Assembly (NCBI GenBank): GCA_035628335.1
Contig: DASPKA010000026.1
Location: 1 to 46,065, forward strand
Direction of reading: 5' to 3'
Length of the DNA: 46,065 nt
Source of the DNA: Patescibacteria group bacterium
Lineage (GTDB): Bacteria; Patescibacteriota; Doudnabacteria; UBA920
In this document: one piece after another, positions 25,456 to 33,464 of the stretch
Layout: every line of letters starts with the position of its first letter
How positions within the stretch are numbered: position 1 is the stretch's first letter
Notes under the pieces: generated by a model
Told to the model about the DNA's origin: nothing
Databases searched by the model: none
The model's input: only the letters and a program-made list of their open reading frames with translations
Program-made: the position numbers and the translations under genes

Positions 25456-25638
25456 TCACCTCCTGAGCACTCCAGTAGTTTCGAGCCTGTGGATGATTTG
25501 TTTGGCAGTCGTACCTCTCCCTGCTTCTCGAATAAGCAGGCGTTTTTCTACGCTGCTGGGGTTTGTTCCAAACAAAATATTAAAAACTATTTGCCATCTT
25601 CTTCTTGTATCTGCCTTGCGGCCAGTAGTTCTTTTCAT
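25456..25638 (-). CDS. Small basic hypothetical protein (60 aa), possibly HTH/DNA-binding
   Basis: Strong SD (GGAGGAtccATG). Arg/Lys-rich N-terminus, and the GTTAKQIIHRLETTG segment is HTH-like. No family assigned. Confidence 0.4.
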   Translation of the reverse strand: MKRTTGRKADTRRRWQIVFNILFGTNPSSVEKRLLIREAGRGTTAKQIIHRLETTGVLRR

Positions 25639-25736
25639 GGATCCTCCATATTTGCAATATTATAGCATGTAATAGTTTATATAAAGAAATTGTGAAATAT
25701 TTACAAAAATATCATATTTTGTTATAAATATAACAT

Positions 25737-26372
25737 ATGATAAAGATAAAAGACGCTCTCGCAGAGGTATTAAGGGGAAATGAGTACTTAGACTATGCAT
25801 TGCATCATAATTTGCTAAATAACGCACAGGTAGCTAAGTATTTGCTCCCGTATATAGAAATCCGCACTAAGAAAAGTGTAAGTATGGCTGCGCTTCAGAT
25901 GGCACTCGTAAGGTACAATAAGGAGCTAAATAAAAAAAGAAACAAAACGCAAAAAAAGCCAAAAGGTGAAAGGATTTCTACCATACTCGGGCTTCGTATA
26001 GAGACTTATTCAAATGACATAAAAACTCACGCTAAGATTCAAAAGTTTTATGAATGCATCTCTGAGAAAAGTGGATACTTAAGTATAACCGAAGGATTAG
26101 ACGAGATTACAATAGTTTATGAGGAAAAGTTCGTTAATCTTGCTATTTCTGAAAAACCCAAATTTACATTACTTAATGTAGCAGCTGTAAACCTTCACTT
26201 TTCCGCTGAGTATTTAAAATATTCTGGAATGCTACATTCAGTAATGCATACTATGCTGGTTCAGGGAATAAACATATTAGAAGTGGCATCCACTTCCACT
26301 TCCATAATATTGTACGTACACTCAAAAGACGTAAAGCTTGCGTTTAACACGCTTTATGATAGACTGTTATAG
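25737..26372 (+). CDS. Hypothetical protein; C-terminal region weakly ACT-domain-like
   Basis: The C-terminal pattern LLNVAAVNLHF...GMLHSVMHTMLVQGINILEVASTSTSIILYVHSKDVKLAFNTLYDRL resembles ACT_7 regulatory domains. Weak call. Confidence 0.35.
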   Translation: MIKIKDALAEVLRGNEYLDYALHHNLLNNAQVAKYLLPYIEIRTKKSVSMAALQMALVRYNKELNKKRNKTQKKPKGERISTILGLRIETYSNDIKTHAKIQKFYECISEKSGYLSITEGLDEITIVYEEKFVNLAISEKPKFTLLNVAAVNLHFSAEYLKYSGMLHSVMHTMLVQGINILEVASTSTSIILYVHSKDVKLAFNTLYDRLL

Positions 26373-26414
26373 ACGTTTTTTTTGTACAAACTTTAGTTTC
26401 AGATTGGAGGAAGC

Positions 26415-26852
26415 ATGTCAATTCACGCAGTTCAGAGTAAGAAAATGCTCGCATTTACTGCCCTATGGCTCACGCAAGTTTTCCTTTGTTTTGTATTGCT
26501 TGAGTACATACTGCGAAATTCGAGTCGACAAGTTGCTGGTTATTTGGGGCATACATTGCTAAGTTTGGCTAATGTTGGGATAGCTTATGTAATCCTAACC
26601 TATAGGTCATACAAGAGTAACAAGCGCATTTATGAAGTTGAAGTGTTTTACAGAGCTATTGCATTCATTGCACTCTGTATCTTCGCTGCTTCGGTAGCGC
26701 TTACCTCTGTATTAGTTGCATTCTTTCACGGTTCATTTTCCCAGCCTATCCCCCGTTGGTATGAGTTGGGGTCTGTACTGGTAATTGTTGCCACGTTAGT
26801 CTGTGTCACTACAGCCGTAGTCGGGGCCTGGCGAAAGAAAGCATTTACCTAA
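26415..26852 (+). CDS. Hypothetical 4-TM membrane protein
   Basis: Four hydrophobic helices. No family recognised. Confidence 0.4.
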   Translation: MSIHAVQSKKMLAFTALWLTQVFLCFVLLEYILRNSSRQVAGYLGHTLLSLANVGIAYVILTYRSYKSNKRIYEVEVFYRAIAFIALCIFAASVALTSVLVAFFHGSFSQPIPRWYELGSVLVIVATLVCVTTAVVGAWRKKAFT

Positions 26853-26856
26853 AAAA

Positions 26857-26883
26857 ACGCGGTGCTCCAAGCGAGCACCGCGT
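26857..26883. terminator. 11-bp stem hairpin (acgcggtgctc / gagcaccgcgt) between convergent genes
   Basis: The A-run on the plus side gives a U-run for the minus-strand SDR transcript. Confidence 0.65.
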
Positions 26884-26891
26884 TATAGATT

Positions 26892-27617
26892 TTAAAATGG
26901 CATAATATCTATATCTTGGACATCCACATGAGCGGGTTGGTTAACAACACAAGATATAACCCATGCAATGTCTGCAGCTTCGAGCAGGGGAGGAGGGTAC
27001 GGGAGCCCATAGTTCTCACAACGGCGTTTTAGTGCTTCTTCTGTAAAAAAGTCTGTTCTCACCATGCCCGGGTTTACAGTACAAACCTTTATACCAAAGG
27101 GTTTTAGCTCCAGACGTGTTCCTTGGCTGTAGCCCTGCAAGCCAAATTTTGTTGCATTATAGTATTCGCCATTGCTACTCGCTTTCTTAGCTGCCACAGA
27201 GGCAATGTTGAGTATAAGCCCGGATTTCTGTTTTTTCATATACGGCACTACTAGCTGAGTCAGCTGCGCGAGGCCAATTACGTTGGTTTCCATCATGTCT
27301 CTGAACTCGACAATGTTCATATCTTCTATGCTCGCAAAAATTCCATACCCAGCGTTATTAAGCAGAACGTCAATGTTACTAAATTTTGCAATAGTTTTTG
27401 TGACTACTATCTGAAGGGATTCTTTATTTCGCACGTCTCCTTGAAGTACCAAAAAATTTTCAGGTGAAAACTTTTCCGCTAGGCTTGCCTGCAGTGCTTC
27501 TGTCTTTTCGCCATTGCGAGAAAATGCAGCAACTTTATGACCCTCTTGTAAGAGCAGAAAAACAGCTTCCCTTCCAATCCCCCGAGTACCACCGCTAACT
27601 AATATAACCTTTTGCAT
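26892..27617 (-). CDS. Short-chain dehydrogenase/reductase (SDR) family oxidoreductase
   Basis: VSGGTRGIGRE cofactor motif, NNAG, and the catalytic YNATK. Confidence 0.85.
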   Translation of the reverse strand: MQKVILVSGGTRGIGREAVFLLLQEGHKVAAFSRNGEKTEALQASLAEKFSPENFLVLQGDVRNKESLQIVVTKTIAKFSNIDVLLNNAGYGIFASIEDMNIVEFRDMMETNVIGLAQLTQLVVPYMKKQKSGLILNIASVAAKKASSNGEYYNATKFGLQGYSQGTRLELKPFGIKVCTVNPGMVRTDFFTEEALKRRCENYGLPYPPPLLEAADIAWVISCVVNQPAHVDVQDIDIMPF

Positions 27618-27647
27618 GATTATTCAGACTTTATTATGTTAATAACA

Positions 27648-29822
27648 TTATCCGTTCCATTTTGAAATCATGATGAGGTCGTCTTTGCCTACTAGTCCTT
27701 GTTTGCGCAAGTGCTGCCAGATTGTTTCGGTGACGAAAGGCATAAAGGGGTGCAGAAGTTTGAGTATGTTTATGAGTACGTGAATCAGTATTTTTTGTGT
27801 ATTTTCTTTGAGTGCTTCGTTTTGCATTTGTGGCTTGCTTGTTTCTACATAGACGTCAGCAAATTCTGTCCAGGTGAACTGGTATATTTCTTGTGCAGCT
27901 TCATGGAAACGGAATTCCTCGAGGTTATTGGTGATCTTTTTAATAGCTGAATCTAATTTTTCAAGGATGTCCTTGTCGGCCTTAGTTTTGGCTTCGTATC
28001 TCCAGTCTGTTTTTTCTACATTCATTAAAATGAAGCGTGAAATATTCCAGAGCTTGTTGGCAAAGTGCTTCATGCCTTTTATTTTGTCTTCAGCAAGTGG
28101 GATGTCGGTTCCTGCTGAGGTAGAGAAAACCAGAGCAAAACGCAATGCGTCGGTGCCATAGGTGTCTATGACGCCAAGTGGGTCTATGATGTTCCCTTTG
28201 CTTTTACTCATTTTTTGTCGGTCTTTGTCACGCACGAGACCATGTAGGTACACCGTTTTAAACGGAACTTGCCCTAGGTGGTAGGTAGACATGAGAATCA
28301 TGCGGACGACCCAAAAGAAGAGGATGTCATATCCTGTTTCCAGCACATCTGTTGGGTGGAAGTCTACTAAATCTTTAGTCTTTTCTGGCCAGCCAAGAGT
28401 TGAAAATGTCCAAAGTCCCGAAGAAAACCAGGTGTCCAAAGTGTCAGGATCTTGTTCCCATCCTTCGCCTTCAGGCGCAGTTACGCCACAGTAAGTTTCG
28501 CCATTTTTGTACCAAACAGGAATTCGGTGACCAAACACAATTTGCCTAGAAATGCACCAGTCTTTAAGATTATCAACCCACTGGTTGAAATAGATTTTTT
28601 TGTGATATTCAGGGATTATGTTAATTTGCCCACTTTCAACAACATGGCGCAAAATTTGAACAATGGCAATCTCTTCGCCCTGGGAGATGCCTGTAATTTC
28701 ACCAGTTTTTATTTTGAATTTTTTGTTTACGTCAACAAACCACTGTTCGCGGATTTGTGGTTCTATAATTCCACCACCTCGTGAATTTGTTGCCAGGCGA
28801 TGTTGATATTTATCGTCTATTTTTTCTACCAAACCTTTTGCCTGTAGCTTTTCTATAATTAATGGTCTGGCTTTCTTTATGTGTTGCCCCTCAAATTCTC
28901 CTGCGATAGGGAGGAGGAGGCCTTTTAGATCTATTATTTGTTCTATGTCTAAGTTGTGCCGTTTGGCTATATCATAGTCGGTTGCATCATGGGCAGGAGT
29001 GATGGTCATAACGCCCGTACCAAACTCCATGTCTACTGACTCGTCTTTAATAACCGTGGAAGTAATTTTTCCATTGATCCACTCAACATCAATTTGGTCG
29101 CCGTGTTTAAATTGGCTGTATCTTTTATCGTCTGGGTGCATAACGACGTACTTGTCACCAAACTTGGTTTCGGGCCGGGCAGTACCTATGATAAACGGTC
29201 CATATTTTAAGTAGTAAAAACTAGTAGTTTCATCTTTCCATTCTATTTCCTCATCTGAAACATTTGTCTGAAGTTTCGGGTCCCAGTTTACTAGGCGGTT
29301 GCCGCGGTAAATAAGTCCGTCTTCAAACATATTTTTAAAAGCGGTAGCAACGGCTAAGTTTCTTGGCTCGTCGAGCGTATATGCTAGTCGTGACCAATCA
29401 CAAGAGGCACCCATTTTTTTAACTTGTTCCAGTATAATGTGCTGGTGCTTCAGCGCATAGTCATTAACTAGTGCTACGAACTCCTCGCGTGAGAAATCGC
29501 GACGAGTTTTGTTCTCTTTTTTGTAGAGCTCATTCTCTACTTTTGCCTGAGTTGCAATAGCAGCGCTATCTGTTCCCGGGACCCACAATGCACGCTTGCC
29601 GCGCATACGCTCAAAGCGAATCAGGATATCTTGGATAGTTAAAAACAACGCATGGCCGACATGTAGCACACCAGTAACATTTGGTGGAGGCATAGTAATG
29701 GCATAGGGTCGTCTGCCTTGTGCGTCTGGAAGATTGTCGGGGTTGAAATACCCCGACTTTTCCCATAATTCATAAATTTTCGCCTCTTCTTCTGTTGGGT
29801 TATATGTTTTGGAAAGTTCCAT
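27648..29822 (-). CDS. valS: Valine--tRNA ligase (short form, no C-terminal coiled-coil extension)
   Basis: PPPNVTGVLHVGHAL (HIGH region), KMSKSKGN, and a typical ValRS N-terminus LSKTYNPTEEEAKIYELWE. 724 aa. Confidence 0.9.
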   Translation of the reverse strand: MELSKTYNPTEEEAKIYELWEKSGYFNPDNLPDAQGRRPYAITMPPPNVTGVLHVGHALFLTIQDILIRFERMRGKRALWVPGTDSAAIATQAKVENELYKKENKTRRDFSREEFVALVNDYALKHQHIILEQVKKMGASCDWSRLAYTLDEPRNLAVATAFKNMFEDGLIYRGNRLVNWDPKLQTNVSDEEIEWKDETTSFYYLKYGPFIIGTARPETKFGDKYVVMHPDDKRYSQFKHGDQIDVEWINGKITSTVIKDESVDMEFGTGVMTITPAHDATDYDIAKRHNLDIEQIIDLKGLLLPIAGEFEGQHIKKARPLIIEKLQAKGLVEKIDDKYQHRLATNSRGGGIIEPQIREQWFVDVNKKFKIKTGEITGISQGEEIAIVQILRHVVESGQINIIPEYHKKIYFNQWVDNLKDWCISRQIVFGHRIPVWYKNGETYCGVTAPEGEGWEQDPDTLDTWFSSGLWTFSTLGWPEKTKDLVDFHPTDVLETGYDILFFWVVRMILMSTYHLGQVPFKTVYLHGLVRDKDRQKMSKSKGNIIDPLGVIDTYGTDALRFALVFSTSAGTDIPLAEDKIKGMKHFANKLWNISRFILMNVEKTDWRYEAKTKADKDILEKLDSAIKKITNNLEEFRFHEAAQEIYQFTWTEFADVYVETSKPQMQNEALKENTQKILIHVLINILKLLHPFMPFVTETIWQHLRKQGLVGKDDLIMISKWNG

Positions 29823-29995
29823 AATATAAAAAGCACTTAATAATCTGCGCTCCCAATAGGGAAGGTACCAGCGCGAATGAGTGCTTAACTTTATGGCAGT
29901 TACGGTGCCGACCGGCAGGTTCTACTAAGCTTTCGCGTTTCTTCCTGCGCAACCTCAGAGACAGCTGAGGTATGTGCTTTAACGTTATAGTTTTA
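29823..29995 (-). promoter_or_regulatory. T-box-like leader upstream of valS
   Basis: On the minus strand the leader reads GCGC-UGGUACC-UUCCC-uauu-GGGA-GCGC. This is a 7-nt UGGNACC bulge between two helices, as in T-box antiterminators. It is enclosed by AAGCACU/AGUGCUU plus a U-rich tract that ends at the AUG. A TTGACA -35 box lies at 30018-30023 on the minus strand. Confidence 0.45.
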
Positions 29996-30063
29996 TTTTT
30001 TCATTAATCCCTGAAATTGTCAATTGAATATGTATGCAGAATATGGTACTCTGTTGTATACAC

Positions 30064-31368
30064 ATGAAAAAAGTCCGCTTATTTTTTAAAGCTTTAATGA
30101 ATGTCAGAGTAACGCTACGCGTTGCTTTTTTTCTGGCGTTTAGACAGATTCGCCGATCAAGCAAATGGACTACCGGTCTAATTATTTTTATTATGATGCT
30201 GACGTTCTTGAATTTAGTAGTGGTTTCAGGGTTATTGGTTGGCCTCATCTCTGGTTCTTATGTCCAGTTTAGGGACCACTATGCAGGGGATGTGCTCATT
30301 ACTCCGGCTCCTGGCAGGACATACATTGAGGACTCTCAAGATATAGTAAGTTATGTCAAGGGTTTGCCGGAGGTTGAGACTGTCTCTTCAAGGACTTCCA
30401 TTTTAGCTCAGGTAAAAGGTACGTTAGATGAAAATCCTAAGGCCAAGGAAAAGCCCAATGTGTCTGGAGGTGCGATTATTGGCATTAATCCAGATGAAGA
30501 AGAAAAATTAAGTGAATTCTCTAAGTTTGTTTTGGAAGGGCAAAACCTTAAAAATGGTGAAGAAGGTTTTATTTTGATCGGTGCAAACTTGATCAAAGAA
30601 TATTCTACGTTCGGCGATGTAGACATTCCAGGCCTTGAGTTACTTAAAAATATAAAAGTAGGGGACAGGGTTCGGGTTAGTATTGAAACTGAAGCAGGGC
30701 CAGCAGAAAAAGATGTGATTGTAAAAGGAATTATGAAAAGCAAGGTTGACCAAATCTCTCAGCGGTATTTTATGGTTGATAAAGAGCTGCGTCGTATGTT
30801 GCCGGCCAATAGACTTGAGCTTCAGGAGATAGCTATAAAATCTAAACCAGATATGGGTAGGTTGGTTGCAGACGATGTTATGGCACATTTCAACAATCCA
30901 CGTGTCAGGGTGCAGACGTATCAAGAAGCCATCCCTTCTTTTTTGCGTGATATAGAAACAACATTTGGCATTCTGGGAAACTTTCTATCGAGCTTCGGTT
31001 TGATATTAGCCTGTATTACAGTGTTTATAGTTGTATTCATAAACGCTGTAAACAGGCGAAAGTATATAGGTATACTCAAGGGAATTGGTGTCGAGCCGCG
31101 AGTGATTACGCTTGCGTACGTATGTCAGGCGGTTTTTTATGGAGTCGCAGGTGCTACCATTGGGCTAGTTATTACATTTGGGTTACTCAAACCATTTTTT
31201 GAAAGGAACCCAATCAACTTTCCTTTTTCAGATGGCATCTTGGTTGCAACGCTTGATGGCTCGCTCCTTCGAGTTGGAATTCTCCTCTTTGTAACAATTT
31301 TGGCCGGGTTTATACCTGCATATATGATAGTAAGAAAAAATACTTTAGATTCAATATTAGGACGCTAG
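30064..31368 (+). CDS. ABC transporter permease, FtsX/MacB-like
   Basis: N-terminal TM, a large extracytoplasmic domain and a C-terminal FtsX-type 3-TM bundle. Start moved to MKKVRLFF (the track ORF begins at 30034). Confidence 0.75.
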   Translation: MKKVRLFFKALMNVRVTLRVAFFLAFRQIRRSSKWTTGLIIFIMMLTFLNLVVVSGLLVGLISGSYVQFRDHYAGDVLITPAPGRTYIEDSQDIVSYVKGLPEVETVSSRTSILAQVKGTLDENPKAKEKPNVSGGAIIGINPDEEEKLSEFSKFVLEGQNLKNGEEGFILIGANLIKEYSTFGDVDIPGLELLKNIKVGDRVRVSIETEAGPAEKDVIVKGIMKSKVDQISQRYFMVDKELRRMLPANRLELQEIAIKSKPDMGRLVADDVMAHFNNPRVRVQTYQEAIPSFLRDIETTFGILGNFLSSFGLILACITVFIVVFINAVNRRKYIGILKGIGVEPRVITLAYVCQAVFYGVAGATIGLVITFGLLKPFFERNPINFPFSDGILVATLDGSLLRVGILLFVTILAGFIPAYMIVRKNTLDSILGR

Positions 31369-31369
31369 T

Positions 31370-32047
31370 ATGATTAAGGCTCAGCATATTGTAAAAACTT
31401 TTATTAACGGGGATGTCGTGACACCCGTGCTCAAGGGAATAGACCTGGACATTCGCTCAGGCGAGTTTGTAGCTATTATTGGGCCTTCAGGCGCTGGCAA
31501 GTCAACACTTATGTACCAATTGTCTTTGCTTGATCACCCTACTAAGGGAAGTATAGTTATTGATGGCAGGGAGACTGCTGAGATGAACATTGCCGAACGC
31601 ACGGCATTCCGCTTGCATGAGCTTGGGTATGTGTTTCAGGACTATGCTATACTGCCTGAGCTTACGGCCGTGGAAAATGTTATGACTCCTATTCTCATGA
31701 AAGGAACACCGAAAAAAGAAGCCAGAAAAATCTCACTCCAAGTGTTGGACCAAGTGGGATTAAGTGACCGAGTCGACTTTCTTCCAAATAGGCTTTCAGG
31801 TGGACAACAGCAGCGTGTCTCTATTGCTCGCGCGATTGCACATGAGCCTAAAATTTTATTTGCTGACGAACCTACAGCCAACTTGGATACAGTTACTTCA
31901 CGAGAAATACTCTCTTTATTTATGGATCTGCATGTAAAGGGTCAGACTATTGTTATGGTGACCCATGAAAAAGAGTTTGCAGAAATGGCTGAGAGGATTA
32001 TTGAACTAAAGGATGGACGGATAATCAGTGACAAAAAAACCACCTAA
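31370..32047 (+). CDS. ABC transporter ATP-binding protein (MacB/LolD-like)
   Basis: Walker A GPSGAGKSTL, signature LSGGQQQRVSIARA, Walker B ILFADEPT. Confidence 0.9.
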   Translation: MIKAQHIVKTFINGDVVTPVLKGIDLDIRSGEFVAIIGPSGAGKSTLMYQLSLLDHPTKGSIVIDGRETAEMNIAERTAFRLHELGYVFQDYAILPELTAVENVMTPILMKGTPKKEARKISLQVLDQVGLSDRVDFLPNRLSGGQQQRVSIARAIAHEPKILFADEPTANLDTVTSREILSLFMDLHVKGQTIVMVTHEKEFAEMAERIIELKDGRIISDKKTT

Positions 32048-32062
32048 ACAGAGGTGGTTTTT
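32038..32062. terminator. Bidirectional terminator aaccacct aaacag aggtggtt ttt
   Basis: The hairpin overlaps the ABC ATPase stop, with A-run and T-run flanks. It lies between convergent genes. Confidence 0.75.
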
Positions 32063-32073
32063 GTTCGTGGGTA

Positions 32074-32514
32074 TTATCTGGTTACAGAGACTGTTTGCCC
32101 AAGTTCAGCACTTGGTGCGCCTATGGTAATGCGTCCGTTACTGTCTTGTCGAGCGGTATAGCCGGTGTTATAATCTGTGGTTGAGGTCCATACTCCGGTA
32201 GAAGGGTCAACAGGTAATTGCGGAATATATGTTGGCACCAAACAGGCAAGGTTTACGGTGCTTGTACCCGTGCTTGCGATTGTAGAGGTTGCGGTTGAGA
32301 TAGAAGCACAGAGGGTTCCGCGGTTATCCGCCAAGTTTTGGCCTAACGCATTTAAGAGAGCACTGGCATCACTCCAGCGTTGTGCGTTTCTGGATTGTGC
32401 GAACTGGCGAGCTGGGTTAATTGCAATTAAAACAATTCCTGCGAGCAAGGCAATAATACCTATAACTACAAGGATTTCGATAAGCGTAAACCCTCGTTGA
32501 TTTGTTTTTTTCAT
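32074..32514 (-). CDS. Type IV (T4a/pseudopilin-type) major pilin precursor
   Basis: MKKTNQRG|FTLIEILVVIGIIALLAGIV is a class III signal with Glu+5. It is the last gene of the operon and has its own promoter. Confidence 0.85.
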   Translation of the reverse strand: MKKTNQRGFTLIEILVVIGIIALLAGIVLIAINPARQFAQSRNAQRWSDASALLNALGQNLADNRGTLCASISTATSTIASTGTSTVNLACLVPTYIPQLPVDPSTGVWTSTTDYNTGYTARQDSNGRITIGAPSAELGQTVSVTR

Positions 32515-32546
32515 ACTCTATTATATTTAATTTATAGCTTACGTAT

Positions 32547-32574
32547 ATTGTACCACACTATTTTAGATTAGCAA
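32547..32574 (-). promoter_or_regulatory. Candidate promoter for the major pilin gene (TTGCTA, 16 nt spacer, TGgTACAAT extended -10)
   Basis: Read on the minus strand in the 60-bp gap upstream of the pilin gene. Confidence 0.45.
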
Positions 32575-33000
32575 TTAGATTCCACAAGACGGGCCGGAGT
32601 ACGTTGGATTTTCAAGCCATGAAGTGATGGAGATTGAGCTATTGGTAAGGGATGCTGTAACTTGCAGATTAGTGTAAGAATCTTTATGTTTCGCTCTAGT
32701 TAATATAACTCTGGTCGAACCGGTTCCTACTGAGCATACTTTGCACCCAGTTCCCGCAATTGCGTCTAAAGTGATGGTTTGCCCACCACTCGCAACTGAG
32801 TAGGATGGGTTGTTAGCAACGTACAGCAAGGCTTCGTCAGCACACGCTTCAGCCAGGTACCTGCTAATTTTTTTATTTTCACGTGATATAACATTAAAGC
32901 GTGCAAAGAAACTTACCTGGCTCAATGCTAGTGTGATTATGAGGAGCACGGACATTAAAACTATAACTGATACAAGTGCTATGTACCCTTCTTGTTTCAT
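32575..33000 (-). CDS. PilX-like minor pilin / pilus assembly protein
   Basis: N-terminal MKQEGYIALVSVIVLMSVLLIITLAL is a hydrophobic pilin-like helix without Glu+5, as in PilX. Operon position supports the call. Confidence 0.5.
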   Translation of the reverse strand: MKQEGYIALVSVIVLMSVLLIITLALSQVSFFARFNVISRENKKISRYLAEACADEALLYVANNPSYSVASGGQTITLDAIAGTGCKVCSVGTGSTRVILTRAKHKDSYTNLQVTASLTNSSISITSWLENPTYSGPSCGI

Positions 33001-33464
33001 CTTGATGTGTAGTTTAATTGGTGGGCTATACCTTCAACCGTAACCGCTGCCTGAAGTTTGTCTGGCGGTCCGGTTGTTTTTGTGAACTGGACAGCATCTA
33101 CTTTAACTGCATAATTGTTAAGCAGGGTAGCAGTTGCCGTTCCTCTTTTAAGTGCCATGTTTTTGTTAGCGGTATCATAGCTAAACACGAGCGTAGTCCC
33201 CATTTTTTGTACGGTTAGGCTCTGAGTACTCGTGGCTACAGAAAAGCTCGTTGCCCCGTCTAACGCCCAGTTGATTTTTGAGAGTATGAAATTAGCCTCT
33301 TCTTGAGCGACTACATGGGATTGGGTTATTTCCGTATTTCGTATGATATTAGTAATACTGATAATAGACCCACCCATGATAAACGCAAATAGGGTAATGT
33401 ATATAAGCACTTCAATAAGGGTAAAACCATCAGTGCTTTTATTGCGGAGGGTTGTCTTGGTCAT
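32997..33464 (-). CDS. Minor pilin with a prepilin-type N-terminal cleavage/methylation motif
   Basis: KSTDG|FTLIEVLIYITLFAFIMGG. Confidence 0.75.
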   Translation of the reverse strand: MTKTTLRNKSTDGFTLIEVLIYITLFAFIMGGSIISITNIIRNTEITQSHVVAQEEANFILSKINWALDGATSFSVATSTQSLTVQKMGTTLVFSYDTANKNMALKRGTATATLLNNYAVKVDAVQFTKTTGPPDKLQAAVTVEGIAHQLNYTSR

